From Dehalococcoidia bacterium (GTDB taxonomy: Bacteria > Chloroflexota > Dehalococcoidia > Lucifugimonadales > QGNO01), in NCBI GenBank assembly GCA_965249115.1, contig CBDFLI010000002.1, forward strand, positions 1,561,859 to 1,625,858: a stretch of 64,000 nt of DNA. Reading direction: 5' to 3'. Below are positions 1 through 9,595 of this stretch, in pieces (the stretch's first letter is position 1; each line of letters opens with the position of its first letter). A program made the translations under genes and the position numbers. The notes below the pieces were generated by a model, which did not search any database, had not been told where the DNA came from, and worked only from the letters and a program-made list of their open reading frames with translations.

Positions 1-1
1 T

Positions 2-388
2 GCTAGCTATACGAGTTTCCTGGGCGGGCCCGCGGTTGAGGCGTTCATCGGAAGCGGTGCAGTCGAGAGCTTCGTACTCGACAACATTTCCATCGCTTTT
101 GTGGTGACGATCGATACCGAACTTGCCGGCTATACGGTCACCAATGGAAACCACATTGAAGAGTTGATGATCGACGCACCCTTCCACCGACGGGGTCTTG
201 GCTCACTCCTCTTGGCGCATCTGGAGGGAGTGCTTTTCGAGAACCACGATACTTTGGTATTAGAGAGCTTCCGTGACAACGAACAAGCCAATGCGTTTTA
301 TCACAAGCATGGGTGGCAGTTCACGGGTGCCTACCGCGACGAAGACTTTGGCGTGGAGATGATCAAGCTGCGAAAGGAACGACCCTAG
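2..388 (+). CDS. GNAT family N-acetyltransferase (5-prime partial, open to window start)
   Basis: The frame is open from nt 2. The motif HRRGLGSLLLAHLE fits the acetyl-CoA-binding R-x-x-G-x-G/A loop, and the C-terminal NAFYHKHGW is GNAT-like. Confidence 0.7.
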   Translation, partial: ASYTSFLGGPAVEAFIGSGAVESFVLDNISIAFVVTIDTELAGYTVTNGNHIEELMIDAPFHRRGLGSLLLAHLEGVLFENHDTLVLESFRDNEQANAFYHKHGWQFTGAYRDEDFGVEMIKLRKERP

Positions 389-483
389 CAGGACTGCCGC
401 CTAAGGTCCCCACCCGCCATAGCTGCTAGTGACTCGCGTAGGGGCATCCCACCGCCGCGATCTGCTGATATACTCGCATCACG

Positions 484-1892
484 ATGGCCACTCATGATTT
501 GAACTATATGACCATTTCGCAACTTGAACCGTTGATACGTGAAAAGCAACTGTCCCCCGTTGAACTGGTTCAGGCCTGCCTTTCACAGATTCGCGACCTG
601 GACGGAAAGTTTCACGCTTTCATCACTCTGCTGGAGGAGTCGGCTCTTTCGGCAGCCAATCACGCGGAGCGCTCAATAATATCTAGAGGCTACCTGGGTC
701 CCTTGCACGGTATACCCATAGGATTCAAAGACATATACAACGTCAAGGGAGTCCGCACCACGGCAGGTTCACGCATACTTGCGGACTATGTCCCACAGGA
801 GGATGCCATCAGCGTGGCCAATCTCAGGGCGGCGGGAGGAATCCCCCTTGGCAAGCTGAATCTTCACCAGTTCGCGTTCGGACCAACGGGCGTCAACCCC
901 CACTCTGGCACATCCCGCAACCCATGGAACACGGAGCGGATCCCCGGCGGTTCCAGCAGCGGTTCAGGCTGGCCCTAATGGCGGGTATGCTGCCCGCCGC
1001 CACCGGCACAGACACCGGGGGATCAATTCGAATACCTGCAGCCATATGCGGTGTCGTTGGCATCAAACCCACTTATGGACGGATAAGCCTTCGCGGCATC
1101 ATTCCTCTCTCAAGTTCTTTGGACCACCCCGGGCCTATGGCCCGCAGCGTCGAAGACTGTGCAATCTTGCTTGGAGCGATGTCTGGGTACGACCCAGGGG
1201 ACTCCAAATCTATAGATTCGCCTATCCCGGACTATCGAAGAGGACTTAATGACCCTGTGAATGGACTGACCGCAGGAGTGCCCAGGGAATTCTTCTCAAA
1301 ACTACAGCCGGGCGTTCGCGCGGCCGTTGAGACTGCTATAACGACGCTCGAGGACTTGGGGATTGCCATCCGTGACGTTGACGTGCCGACCATTGAAGAA
1401 GCGTGGTCAATTTCCAGCAAGATTCTCGGAGTTGAAGCGGCGGCCTACCACCACAAGTGGATGAACGAGCGTCCCGAAGAATACGACCCGCAGGTCCTCC
1501 AACGCCTGCAAAGCGGGGCGACTGTATCCGCCGTAGACTACATCTTGGCCCAGCAATTGAGAGACGACTTCTCACAACGTTACCGTGATTCACTTCAAGG
1601 GGTCGATGTTCTGGTCTCCCCTACCGAACCAATTACAGCTACCGTGATCGGCGAGGATACGGTTCTGGTAGAGGGGGACACGGAGCCCACATTAAATCAG
1701 TTAGTCTCGTTGACCCGCCCCCATAATCTGACCGGTATGCCATCGATGAGCGTGCCCTGTGGATTTGATGAGCAGGGATTGCCGACTGGGCTGCAGATAG
1801 CCGGAAAGCACTTCGATGAAGCAACCGTGCTTAGGGTAGCCTATGCCTATGAACAAGCGACAGACTGGCACTCTCACCGACCGACTCTCTGA
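484..1892 (+). pseudogene. Amidase-signature (GatA-like) amidase split by a 1-nt frameshift
   Basis: ORF 484-978 ends ...GGSSSGSGWP*. ORF 924-1892 continues in another frame with ALMAGMLPAATGTDTGGSIRIPAA, the contiguous amidase signature. The frames switch near 967-972. Confidence 0.75.
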
Positions 1893-1943
1893 GGCGCCCT
1901 GGCCGAACTTGATTAAGGGGGGTAGAAGAGTTCAGATCTGGAC

Positions 1944-3029
1944 TCACCGACCTACAACTACCCTCCGTTCCACGTCTGCCCTGTATACCGGTATCTCGGT
2001 CAGTGCCTGCTGTACTGCATACTTCATGATTGTCAGCATAGCAACATAGGCTTCCCTGGGGATCATGTCGACAGGAGCCTGTAGGGATGGGTTGGCCTGG
2101 CCTCCCTCCATGCCACCGTTCCGTAGAATTTCCCTTATCATGTACTCCTCGAGTTCGGGGCTCTGCAGCAGTTCGGGCTTGTCGAGCAGGGCGGAAATAC
2201 AGGCAGTGATCCCGTAGGCGCCAAGATTAGAACACTCAGAAGCCAGCGTCACTTCGGCGTCCACCGCGGTAGCTATTCCTTGTCCGCACGGGCAATGGCA
2301 CTTGGTGGCGGCGGGCACTACCCTCCTTACCTCATCAATTATGGTTCCCATCCCGGCTTCATTGCCTAGATCCCCGATGCCTATCGTGAGTATCCCCCTC
2401 TCCTTCGCCTCGGTGAGGACATAATCTATCTTAGCTGTAGAGGACGACATATCGCTGCCGAATCCCGTGTGGTACACGCCTTTCGCATTCCGGCCGGACC
2501 TCTCTATGGCAATCACGGCTGACGGCGCCAAGTCATCCAGGATCCGCTTCGCCTCCCCCTTCGACTTCTCGTGGTCGGTCAGCGGGAATGCCTGTACGGC
2601 GGTCGCTTGAGGTATAGTGCGAATATCCCCTGGGGTGTAGACACGCAACTCGGCGCTTCTGCACGTTGCACTAATCAGGTCGACTTGGTAGTCGTCTGTC
2701 AGGACCAACGTGTTGGCTTTCATCCCGAAGTTGACCGCTCTTGCAAGTGAGGCTGCCCCTAGTGGCCCATCGGTCTCTCCAATCGGTATCAAAGGAGGAA
2801 CAGCGAAGCCCGTTAGGATAATTACCAGATCGTCGGGTTTCACGGCCTGCACCAGTTTGTCTGCGGCCAAAAGCGTCAAAGGCCCGCCGGTTGTTTTCCT
2901 TGCAGTTTCATAAAGCTGGGGGATCGTTCCCCAGGCTTCAAAACTCCGTGGCCTGAGCTCAAGAAGAGTCAGCCGGTCAATGGTCTCCCCTAGTCCCGTA
3001 AGCTTGGCCGCATTGTTAGACAGGGTCAT
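1944..3029 (-). CDS. DUF4392 / D-glutamate cyclase-like protein
   Basis: 361-aa ORF. The GETDGPLGAASLARA motif and overall layout match my recollection of the DUF4392 family. Family assignment is from memory only. Confidence 0.55.
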   Translation of the reverse strand: MTLSNNAAKLTGLGETIDRLTLLELRPRSFEAWGTIPQLYETARKTTGGPLTLLAADKLVQAVKPDDLVIILTGFAVPPLIPIGETDGPLGAASLARAVNFGMKANTLVLTDDYQVDLISATCRSAELRVYTPGDIRTIPQATAVQAFPLTDHEKSKGEAKRILDDLAPSAVIAIERSGRNAKGVYHTGFGSDMSSSTAKIDYVLTEAKERGILTIGIGDLGNEAGMGTIIDEVRRVVPAATKCHCPCGQGIATAVDAEVTLASECSNLGAYGITACISALLDKPELLQSPELEEYMIREILRNGGMEGGQANPSLQAPVDMIPREAYVAMLTIMKYAVQQALTEIPVYRADVERRVVVGR

Positions 3030-3099
3030 CTTTCTCCTCCTGATCTTTTGCTAAGATCTCCGTTTGGTTAGAGGGCTACTGAACGGGTCCGTCAAATAT

Positions 3100-4053
3100 T
3101 TACCGGGGTGTAGCTAAACGCTCGTATTTGGAGAGGCTCCTGAGCTCCCTGGGTGGGTCCATGGTTGAGCCTCTAATTGTAAACGAGACTTCAGCGATAT
3201 ATACGTCACCTTTGGAGTCGACAGCGATGCCATGCGGAGCTATGAACTGCCCAGGGCCTTCCCCTTCCTCTGGGCTGCCAAATCTGCAGACCAACCGCCC
3301 ATTCAGATCGTAAATGCTGACCCTGTGACCGAGACCAGGTGCATCATCCACACCTGCCATCCCGCCGAGTTCACCGATGTAAATGTGGTCTTGCCATAGC
3401 ACCATGGCGTCAGGGCGGTGGATGTTGTTCCACATTTCTAGAAATTTTCCACCAGGATCGAAGATCTGAATCCTGTGGGCTTCACGATCTACTACATAGA
3501 CCCGATCATTCGCGTCTATAGCGATGTTATGCGGTCGGATGAATTGCCCGGCATCAATCCCAGAACTACCCCATGAGAATTTGTAGTCACCGCTTCCCGT
3601 GTACACGTGGATACGGGCATTTCCGTACCCATCTGATATATATATGTCGCCATTACTGGGCATGATAGCAGCCGAAGTAGGGCGGTTAAAAGGCTGACCA
3701 CTCCATTTGGGAGCCGGGTGATTCCGTTGTCCAATCTCCATTAGTTTTTCCCCTTGGGGCGTAAACTTCTGGATTGTGTGGATCCCGTCATCAGCTACGA
3801 GCAATGAGTCATCGTGGGCAATATAAAGTCCGTGGGTTCGGTTGCTGAAGAGCCCCTCTCCGAACGACCTAGTGAAGCTGCCGGCGCTGTCAAAAACCAT
3901 GATCGGGTGCTCGCCACGGGTCAGGACGAATACGTTGTCCCGCGAGTCCACCGCCACGCCCGGACACTCCTGGAACGACATCCCGTCTGGGAGGGTGGGC
4001 CAACCGTCCACATACTTGTACAAAAATTCGTCGGTGCCGTACGTGTCAGACAT
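3100..4053 (-). CDS. NHL-repeat beta-propeller protein (peptidyl-hydroxyglycine amidating lyase-like)
   Basis: Repeated units of the form GQFxxPHGIAVDxxxxVYVxDxxxHRIQxF occur several times across 317 aa. Confidence 0.6.
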   Translation of the reverse strand: MSDTYGTDEFLYKYVDGWPTLPDGMSFQECPGVAVDSRDNVFVLTRGEHPIMVFDSAGSFTRSFGEGLFSNRTHGLYIAHDDSLLVADDGIHTIQKFTPQGEKLMEIGQRNHPAPKWSGQPFNRPTSAAIMPSNGDIYISDGYGNARIHVYTGSGDYKFSWGSSGIDAGQFIRPHNIAIDANDRVYVVDREAHRIQIFDPGGKFLEMWNNIHRPDAMVLWQDHIYIGELGGMAGVDDAPGLGHRVSIYDLNGRLVCRFGSPEEGEGPGQFIAPHGIAVDSKGDVYIAEVSFTIRGSTMDPPRELRSLSKYERLATPR

Positions 4054-4239
4054 TTGTCACACCTCAATACCTCCTGATGGACCCCTGAAATGGCCGAGTG
4101 CCCATTATTTACTGAATTTCGAATCAGTTCAATGCCCCGTGGGGTTACGTGAGACAGTACCCTATCTGATAGTGCCCTATTAGAAAGTCGAATCCCAATC
4201 CGGCGCCAAGAACATTCAGGACATTTCTTTGCCTGCCTC

Positions 4240-5268
4240 ATGAATAACCGGCGAAAGACAGGCTACAAGCACAGTCGTATAATGGTCGCTGATTGTTTTG
4301 CTATGGAAAAGAAACTCGAAACGTTTGAAGAATTCAGGAAGTCCCTCAACTACGGGTCCAGGACGGACCTGCTATTCAAGGTGTTAGGTGGGAACAATCT
4401 AACGGACGACGAAGTGGCCGAGTTCCTGAGAGGCCTCCTAGAGAGGCTCGGAGAGAGTTTCGATTCAAAAGATTATGAGTGGCTGTTGGAATATTGCTAC
4501 GAGTGGCAGGCATATGGATACGCACCCAAGGAAGGCTCCACTCCAAACTTCAAATACGATACAGGGCCTTGGGCCGATATAAAAAAGCCGTTGTCAGCTA
4601 GCAAAGTAGCTCTAATTTCTACCGGCGGCCTCTATCTTGAAGGAGATGATCCTCTGGGTCCAAATGGTCCATCACAGGAGGAAGCAATACCCAAGATTCA
4701 GGATTTTTTGCGAGATGCCCCTCAGCTCTCTACGATCCCGCGAGATTTTGACCCCAAAAAGATAAGAGTACGTCACCCAGGGTATGACATAAGGGGTACA
4801 AGGAACGACTATAACGTGGTATTTCCGATTGATCGCCTGACCGAATTATCAGAAGAGGGATTAATTGGAGACGTAGCAGAAAACAACTATTCGTTCGTCG
4901 GAGCCACGTCTCAAAAGAGATTGTTGGCCGATTTCGCTCCACAATGGGCTGAGCAAATTCTTGCTGAACAGGTTGATGCGGTACTACTGGTAGGTGCCTG
5001 ACCGGTTTGCCACGTGTCCGTCGGACACACAGCTAGAGTCCTAGAAGAGGCCGGAATCCCGACTGTTTGTATATATATTCATGCCTTTCGGCACCACGCT
5101 TTCAATCTAAAATTGCCCCGTGCCTTGATTACGCCACATATTCTGGGAAGAACTATCGGGCATCCGCACGATCGGGAAACACAGCGATTGGTGGTGAAAT
5201 CAGCCCTAGATCTGCTAGAAACTGCGACTGAACGCAATACAGTAATCGAGTTTGTATCAACGCGATAA
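4240..5268 (+). CDS. GrdB/PrdB-family (glycine/sarcosine/betaine/D-proline reductase B-like) selenoprotein, UGA read as Sec
   Basis: ORFs 4240-5001 and 5014-5268 are in the same frame and separated only by TGA 4999-5001. The joined sequence reads DAVLLVGA-U-PVCHVSVGHTARVLEEAGIPTV, the U/C-P-x-C-H motif of this family. The upstream NVVFPIDRLTELSEEGLIG is also family-typical. The true start may be the ATG at 4303. Confidence 0.7.
4999..5001 (+). other. In-frame UGA, predicted selenocysteine codon
   Basis: The TGA sits at the position occupied by Sec or Cys in the U/CxxC motif of GrdB-like proteins. The reading frame continues for 89 more codons. Confidence 0.65.
5014..5028 (+). other. SECIS-like hairpin 12 nt downstream of the UGA
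   Basis: GTGTCC-GTC-GGACAC forms a perfect 6-bp stem with a G/U-containing apex. Its spacing from the UGA is compatible with bacterial SECIS elements. Confidence 0.4.
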
Positions 5269-5387
5269 TTCTGAAAGCCACTAAATGTGTTCAGGATATA
5301 GCGGCTAGAAGATCGCCGCGTTGGCTGCTCCTGGAGCACTTCCTAGCGAACGCGCCATGTTACTAAAACATTTTACGAGGAGAAGGG

Positions 5388-6302
5388 ATGCAATTTGGAC
5401 TGAACCTACTCAACTTTGGCCCTGGGGTTAGTCCCTCGGCCCTCCTGCGATGGGCCCTTATTGCCGAGTCGCTTGGCTACCATTTTGCCATGATCTCTGA
5501 CCACGTGGCGGTTACTACCGAAGTGGGCGCAAGGTACCCCGAGCCCTTCTACGACGCCTATGCTACCTTATCCTGGCTCGCGGGTCAGACAAAACACATC
5601 AAACTGGGCACCACAGTAATTGTCGTCCCTTACCGTCATCCGGTGCTCATGGCCCGACTTGGTGCCAACCTTGACAATCTGAGTGGCGGGCGCTTCATTT
5701 TCGGCGTCGGGGTGGGTAGCGCTCGGACCGAATATGAAGCACTCGGCATCCCGTTCCACCGGCGTGGCGCTATCGCCAACGAATATTTGTCCGCCATAAA
5801 AGAGTTGTGGACCAGCAAGACGGCATCCTTCAGCGGAAGCTACGTTAGTTTTAAAGACGTCTCCGGAATCGATACCCTGCAAAAGCCTCACCCGCCCATC
5901 TGGGTCGGCGGCAGCAGTGACCCTGCTCTTAAACGAGCTGTCCGCTATGGTGAAGCCTGGCACCCCAACGGAGTCCGTCTAGACTGGCTACGTAACAGTG
6001 GACTGCCGAGTATACGTAAATTCGCTGAAGAATTCCAACTTCCAGTCCCTGCGTTGGCGCCCCGAATTCGTCTGACCGTTACCGCTACAACGCGGCCCGA
6101 GGACACGCGCCTAGTCGGCGAAGGGACCATTGGTCAGGTGCGCCGAGACCTTGAAGCATTGAGTTCCCTGGGCGCAAGCCACATCCTCTTCGACTGGTAT
6201 ACTGGCGATCTTGAAGCGACCCGGCGCCACGAGTCCGAGTGGGGTATGCTGGCCCTCCTCGCTGACCAAGTTCTCGACATGGAAAAACAAACCCTCCGGT
6301 AA
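5388..6302 (+). CDS. LLM-class (luciferase-like) flavin/F420-dependent oxidoreductase
   Basis: The N-terminus MQFGLNLLNFG, followed by AESLGYHFAMISDH and FIFGVGVG, gives the typical luciferase-like monooxygenase family pattern. Confidence 0.8.
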   Translation: MQFGLNLLNFGPGVSPSALLRWALIAESLGYHFAMISDHVAVTTEVGARYPEPFYDAYATLSWLAGQTKHIKLGTTVIVVPYRHPVLMARLGANLDNLSGGRFIFGVGVGSARTEYEALGIPFHRRGAIANEYLSAIKELWTSKTASFSGSYVSFKDVSGIDTLQKPHPPIWVGGSSDPALKRAVRYGEAWHPNGVRLDWLRNSGLPSIRKFAEEFQLPVPALAPRIRLTVTATTRPEDTRLVGEGTIGQVRRDLEALSSLGASHILFDWYTGDLEATRRHESEWGMLALLADQVLDMEKQTLR

Positions 6303-6628
6303 TACAGGATCAGATTTGCCGAATGACCAAATTGCGCAAATGCCCCTAATCAGACCGAGGGAGTCACTCAAAATGAAGGAAGCCACCAGAGCCTCCAACG
6401 AAGAGTTTGAGATCTTTTATACGAGACCCTCTTTTCCCTTGACAGGGACCTTCTTCCCGAAGAAAAACAGGATCTCGCAGATCGATATCCTAGATCTTGG
6501 AGAAAGCTATAGCATCACTCTAACCTTTGAAAAGGATCCCAGAAAAGGCGTTAGCGTGAAGTCAGGACTACTGAGGATCACGACGAAGTGGAGAGATGAC
6601 AACATGACATTTCAAGTGGACCCCATCA

Positions 6629-7564
6629 TCAGGACAGCGGTGAGGCTAAAATAAGAGAGTCTACCGCTGGGGTGTCTCGTAAACCTTCATCCGATTGTAA
6701 GGCTTGTGGATGTTCCAGTAAACACCTTTGTGGGCTCACTGCATGGAACACCTGACCCGGTGACCGATAGCCCAGGGCTTGATGGGGCCGCTCTTGGTTG
6801 TAGAAGGCCAGATAAGCCCCAATCCCTTTTCTGGCCTCAGTCCCATTTTGGTATGCCTTCAGGTACACCTCCTCGTACTTGATGCTGCGCCACAGCCGTT
6901 CCACGAAGACGTTGTCCATGCACCGGCCCCTGCCGTCCATGCTCACTTGAACGCCTTGCGCCAGCAGCATGCTGGTGAAGGCCTCGCTGGTGAACTGGCT
7001 GCCCTGGTCGGTGTTGAAGATCTGTGGCCGACCCTTGCTCAAGGCCTCTTCCAGAGCCGCAACACAGAAGTCTACCTCCAGGGTGTTGGACAGCCGCCAG
7101 GCCAGCACGTAGCGGCTGTGCCAGTCCATGATGGCCATCAAGTAGAGGAAACCCCGAGCCATGGGTATGTAGGTGATGTCGGTGGCCCACACCTGGTTGA
7201 CCCGGTTGATCTCCAGCCCCCTGAGCAAGTACGGATAGACCTTATGCCCTGGGTTTGGCTTGCTGGTGTTGGGACGCCGGTAGATGGCCTCCAGGCCTAT
7301 CAGCTGCATCAGCCGGCGGACCCGCTTGCGGTTGACCTGGTGTCCGTGATTTCTGAGCCAGGCAGTCATCCTTCTGGAGCCGTAGAAAGGTGTCTTCAGG
7401 TACTGTTGGTCTATGAGGGCCATCAACTCCATGTCCTCGGCGCCGGCCTCGGTTGGCAGGTAGTACAACGAGGAGCGGCTGATACCCAGCAAGGCGCACT
7501 GGCGCACCAGAGACAGCTTCGGTTCTTCTCGGTCAATCATGGCCCGGCGTTGGGACCGGCTCAC
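6629..7564 (-). CDS. IS3 transposase OrfB (DDE/rve integrase core), -1 frame relative to OrfA
   Basis: The sequences [21 protein letters not shown] and [15 protein letters not shown] give the DDE triad context of the rve domain. Confidence 0.9.
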   Translation of the reverse strand: MSRSQRRAMIDREEPKLSLVRQCALLGISRSSLYYLPTEAGAEDMELMALIDQQYLKTPFYGSRRMTAWLRNHGHQVNRKRVRRLMQLIGLEAIYRRPNTSKPNPGHKVYPYLLRGLEINRVNQVWATDITYIPMARGFLYLMAIMDWHSRYVLAWRLSNTLEVDFCVAALEEALSKGRPQIFNTDQGSQFTSEAFTSMLLAQGVQVSMDGRGRCMDNVFVERLWRSIKYEEVYLKAYQNGTEARKGIGAYLAFYNQERPHQALGYRSPGQVFHAVSPQRCLLEHPQALQSDEGLRDTPAVDSLILASPLS

Positions 7565-7845
7565 AACCCGAAGCTCCGTGACAAAAAATCCCGTTCCACC
7601 TTGAGCTGCCCAATCTGTTGGTAGAGCTGGGCAGTGAGGACCTCTTGGTCCTTCTCCTGGCGTCCAGCACCATTTTCAAAGAGGTGCGGCGCCCCCTGAG
7701 TCAAGGCCTTCTTCCAGGCATGGATCTGGCTCGGGTGGACTTCAAACCGGCTGGCCAGCTCTGCAATGGTGTGCTCCCCCTGGAGCGCGGCCAAAGCCAC
7801 TTTGGCCTTGAAGACTGGGCTGTGCTTCTTACGTGTTTGCTTCAT
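7561..7845 (-). CDS. IS3 transposase OrfA (HTH)
   Basis: The 94-aa sequence [39 protein letters not shown] is typical of IS3 OrfA. Confidence 0.9.
   Translation of the reverse strand: MKQTRKKHSPVFKAKVALAALQGEHTIAELASRFEVHPSQIHAWKKALTQGAPHLFENGAGRQEKDQEVLTAQLYQQIGQLKVERDFLSRSFGL
7582..7588 (-). other. Putative -1 programmed frameshift heptamer T TTT TTG (IS copy 1)
   Basis: The minus strand reads GAT TTT TTG TCA. A -1 slip gives [22 protein letters not shown], which runs directly into OrfB. Confidence 0.6.
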
Positions 7846-8661
7846 GTCCTGCTCCTTCTTTCCGTCCTATTTTAGGAGCGGGACTCTCTCTTAGCCACCT
7901 GTCCGAATTTTGGGGTCCACCTCAATTGTTCTTTTATAACCAACTCAAGGTTCAGAGTGAGATGATGCGCGTCACCGAAACCAAGGTCGCATCCTCGGGT
8001 AGGACCGTTACGATCCAGGCTCCGAAGGCACCGGCCGTAGGATTCTTCGATGGCGACCTGAGTGGAATACTCTTTTGCCCCGGGCTCATAGTAGATATAC
8101 CGCGTGGAAAGGACATAGTTGTAGCCGTCATAGACACTCAGGCCAAGAGTTCCCGTCTCAGGGTGGAGAAGCATGAACTCAATGTGGAGGGTGCCACGCT
8201 TAGCCTCGAAGCTGAAGGAGAGCTACGCTACGAACTCTCGGTTCACGACCCTTCTGACGCCGGGGAGTTTAGGGTAGAGATCGAGAGGCGCAGAGAAAAC
8301 CTAAAGGCTCTGAGGGTCTTAGCGTCATCAGATGAGGGGTTGCATGAAAGTGGGGCGTGGACTCCAGCGAAACCTTCGAAAAGGAGGGTAATAGTAGGAC
8401 ACTCCAGTCCATTCTGGGTTGAAGAGGGGAGGTTTGAGGAGGCTTTGGAGAACTCTGAACCTGAGAAACGCAAATCCAAAGTAAAGCTTTTAGTAATAGG
8501 AGACCCTGCTCCAGACACGGACTACCGGATACGGCTGGTAGCAAACCGAGGCTGGATGAAGAAAGATCAAGTGGACGAAACGTCCATATATTTCAAATGA
8601 CCCATACCCACCGATTGGGATTAAGCTTCAGGATCGAACCTGACTATTTGGTCGGCACACC

Positions 8662-9519
8662 ATGGCATCAAAACCAACTCAGCCCCTGTCCAAAGAAGAC
8701 ATCGTCTCCATAGACGGCATGCGGGCCAAGTTCTTTCTCGTGGTAATGTTGTGCGAAATCCCGCAGTTCCTGGAACTCTGGGAACAGGCCAGGCGGCCCG
8801 TTACAGAGGTCATTGAGAGGCTAGGACCGGACCTCAAGGAGCGCCTGCTATCTGTAAGTCCAGAGAGCATAGCCGCCCAAATGGGAGCAATATCTGAATC
8901 CCATTTCTCGCATTCAGATGATAGCCCAGGCACCGAAGGGACAAAGGCAGCATTGCGTTCATTATTATTGGTGCTTGGAACTTTGGATGCAAATTCCGAA
9001 GGCAGAACTGCCGCTGATTACTTTGCTAGTCTGGAACGCATCGTTGAACCACTTGGCGTCCCTGACTTGGTCACAATACTAGTGTTTCTTGATTTCAGGC
9101 GATGGAAACTGGATAACCTTTTCAGCAATACCCATCCCACAGAAGGACCGTTGGTGGACGCCCTCCAGATAGAGGTATTGGGCGCCATGACCGACCTAAG
9201 CCCATTGGAACTGACGCAGGAAACGCCCGGGAAAATCATAAGTCGCTCTCTAAGAAAAATAGGGCCCCTGAGCTGGCACATGAAACGTTATGACCTTTGG
9301 GGCAGAGTAGACCTTTGGCTGGTCAACGTCGTATTCGGACAGACACACGAGGAGATCTCTAAAAGTTTGGAGTCTGACGAATCCCGCGTTATAAAAGGGA
9401 GACCCTACTCGTGGATAACTAGGCAGGTACCTGATACGAGCCGTCTTTTGGGTGTGCACAGACGAGGCAGACCAAGAAAACTCACCGTTCTCGATCACTG
9501 GAATGACATGATCAAGTAG
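8662..9519 (+). CDS. Hypothetical protein with C-terminal HTH-like segment and AT-hook-like RRGRPRK
   Basis: 285-aa ORF. The C-terminus GQTHEEISKSL...SWITRQVPDTSRLLGVHRRGRPRK resembles a sigma-region-4/LuxR-type HTH plus an AT-hook. A strong terminator follows. Confidence 0.5.
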   Translation: MASKPTQPLSKEDIVSIDGMRAKFFLVVMLCEIPQFLELWEQARRPVTEVIERLGPDLKERLLSVSPESIAAQMGAISESHFSHSDDSPGTEGTKAALRSLLLVLGTLDANSEGRTAADYFASLERIVEPLGVPDLVTILVFLDFRRWKLDNLFSNTHPTEGPLVDALQIEVLGAMTDLSPLELTQETPGKIISRSLRKIGPLSWHMKRYDLWGRVDLWLVNVVFGQTHEEISKSLESDESRVIKGRPYSWITRQVPDTSRLLGVHRRGRPRKLTVLDHWNDMIK

Positions 9520-9547
9520 TACATATTTTTTGCCTCAGTTCCCCTTT

Positions 9548-9580
9548 AGGCTTGGTACGTGTAGTTACCAAGCCTTTTTT
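9548..9580 (+). terminator. Rho-independent terminator
   Basis: AGGCTTGGTA-cgtgtagt-TACCAAGCCT forms a perfect 10-bp stem and is followed by TTTTT. Confidence 0.75.
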
Positions 9581-9595
9581 CATAGGTGGGAACCA

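Larger units (their letters stand above)
6616..7921 (-). mobile_element. IS3-family insertion sequence, copy 1 (about 1.3 kb)
   Basis: It has an orfA/orfB pair. The imperfect terminal IRs are (G)TGGACCCCA...GGACAG...GCTAA...GAGAG at both ends, with TG...CA termini at 6617/7919. It is flanked by the direct repeat TCAA (6612-6615 and 7922-7925). Confidence 0.9.
6373..8600 (+). pseudogene. Hypothetical protein gene interrupted by an IS3-family element
   Basis: Removing 6616-7921 and one copy of the TCAA duplication joins ...WRDDNMTFQ to LFFYNQLKVQSEMMRV... in frame. This gives a reconstructed ORF of about 305 aa. A GAGGGAG RBS lies before the ATG at 6373. Confidence 0.6.

Noticed and set aside
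6779-7624. Long ORFs antisense to well-supported genes. Examples are 6779-7624 (+), 27760-28812 (+), 41640-42581 (-), 55303-56454 (-), 60690-61430 (-), 40475-41167 (-), 29923-30516 (+) and 13739-14347 (+).
   Set aside because: Each lies opposite a gene with clear family motifs. Their products are Arg/Gly/Pro/Ala-rich low-complexity sequence, typical of shadow ORFs in high-GC DNA.
8615-8660. A T-arm-like sequence (minus strand GTCAGGTTCGATCCTGAAGC) and a TGGTCGG motif just upstream of gene 8662. I considered it as a tRNA 3-prime fragment or att repeat marking the island boundary.
   Set aside because: The loop is 6 nt rather than 7, and no acceptor, anticodon arm or CCA can be built. The order of the motifs is opposite to that in tRNA-Pro at 13293-13369, so it is not a direct repeat of the tRNA 3-prime end.
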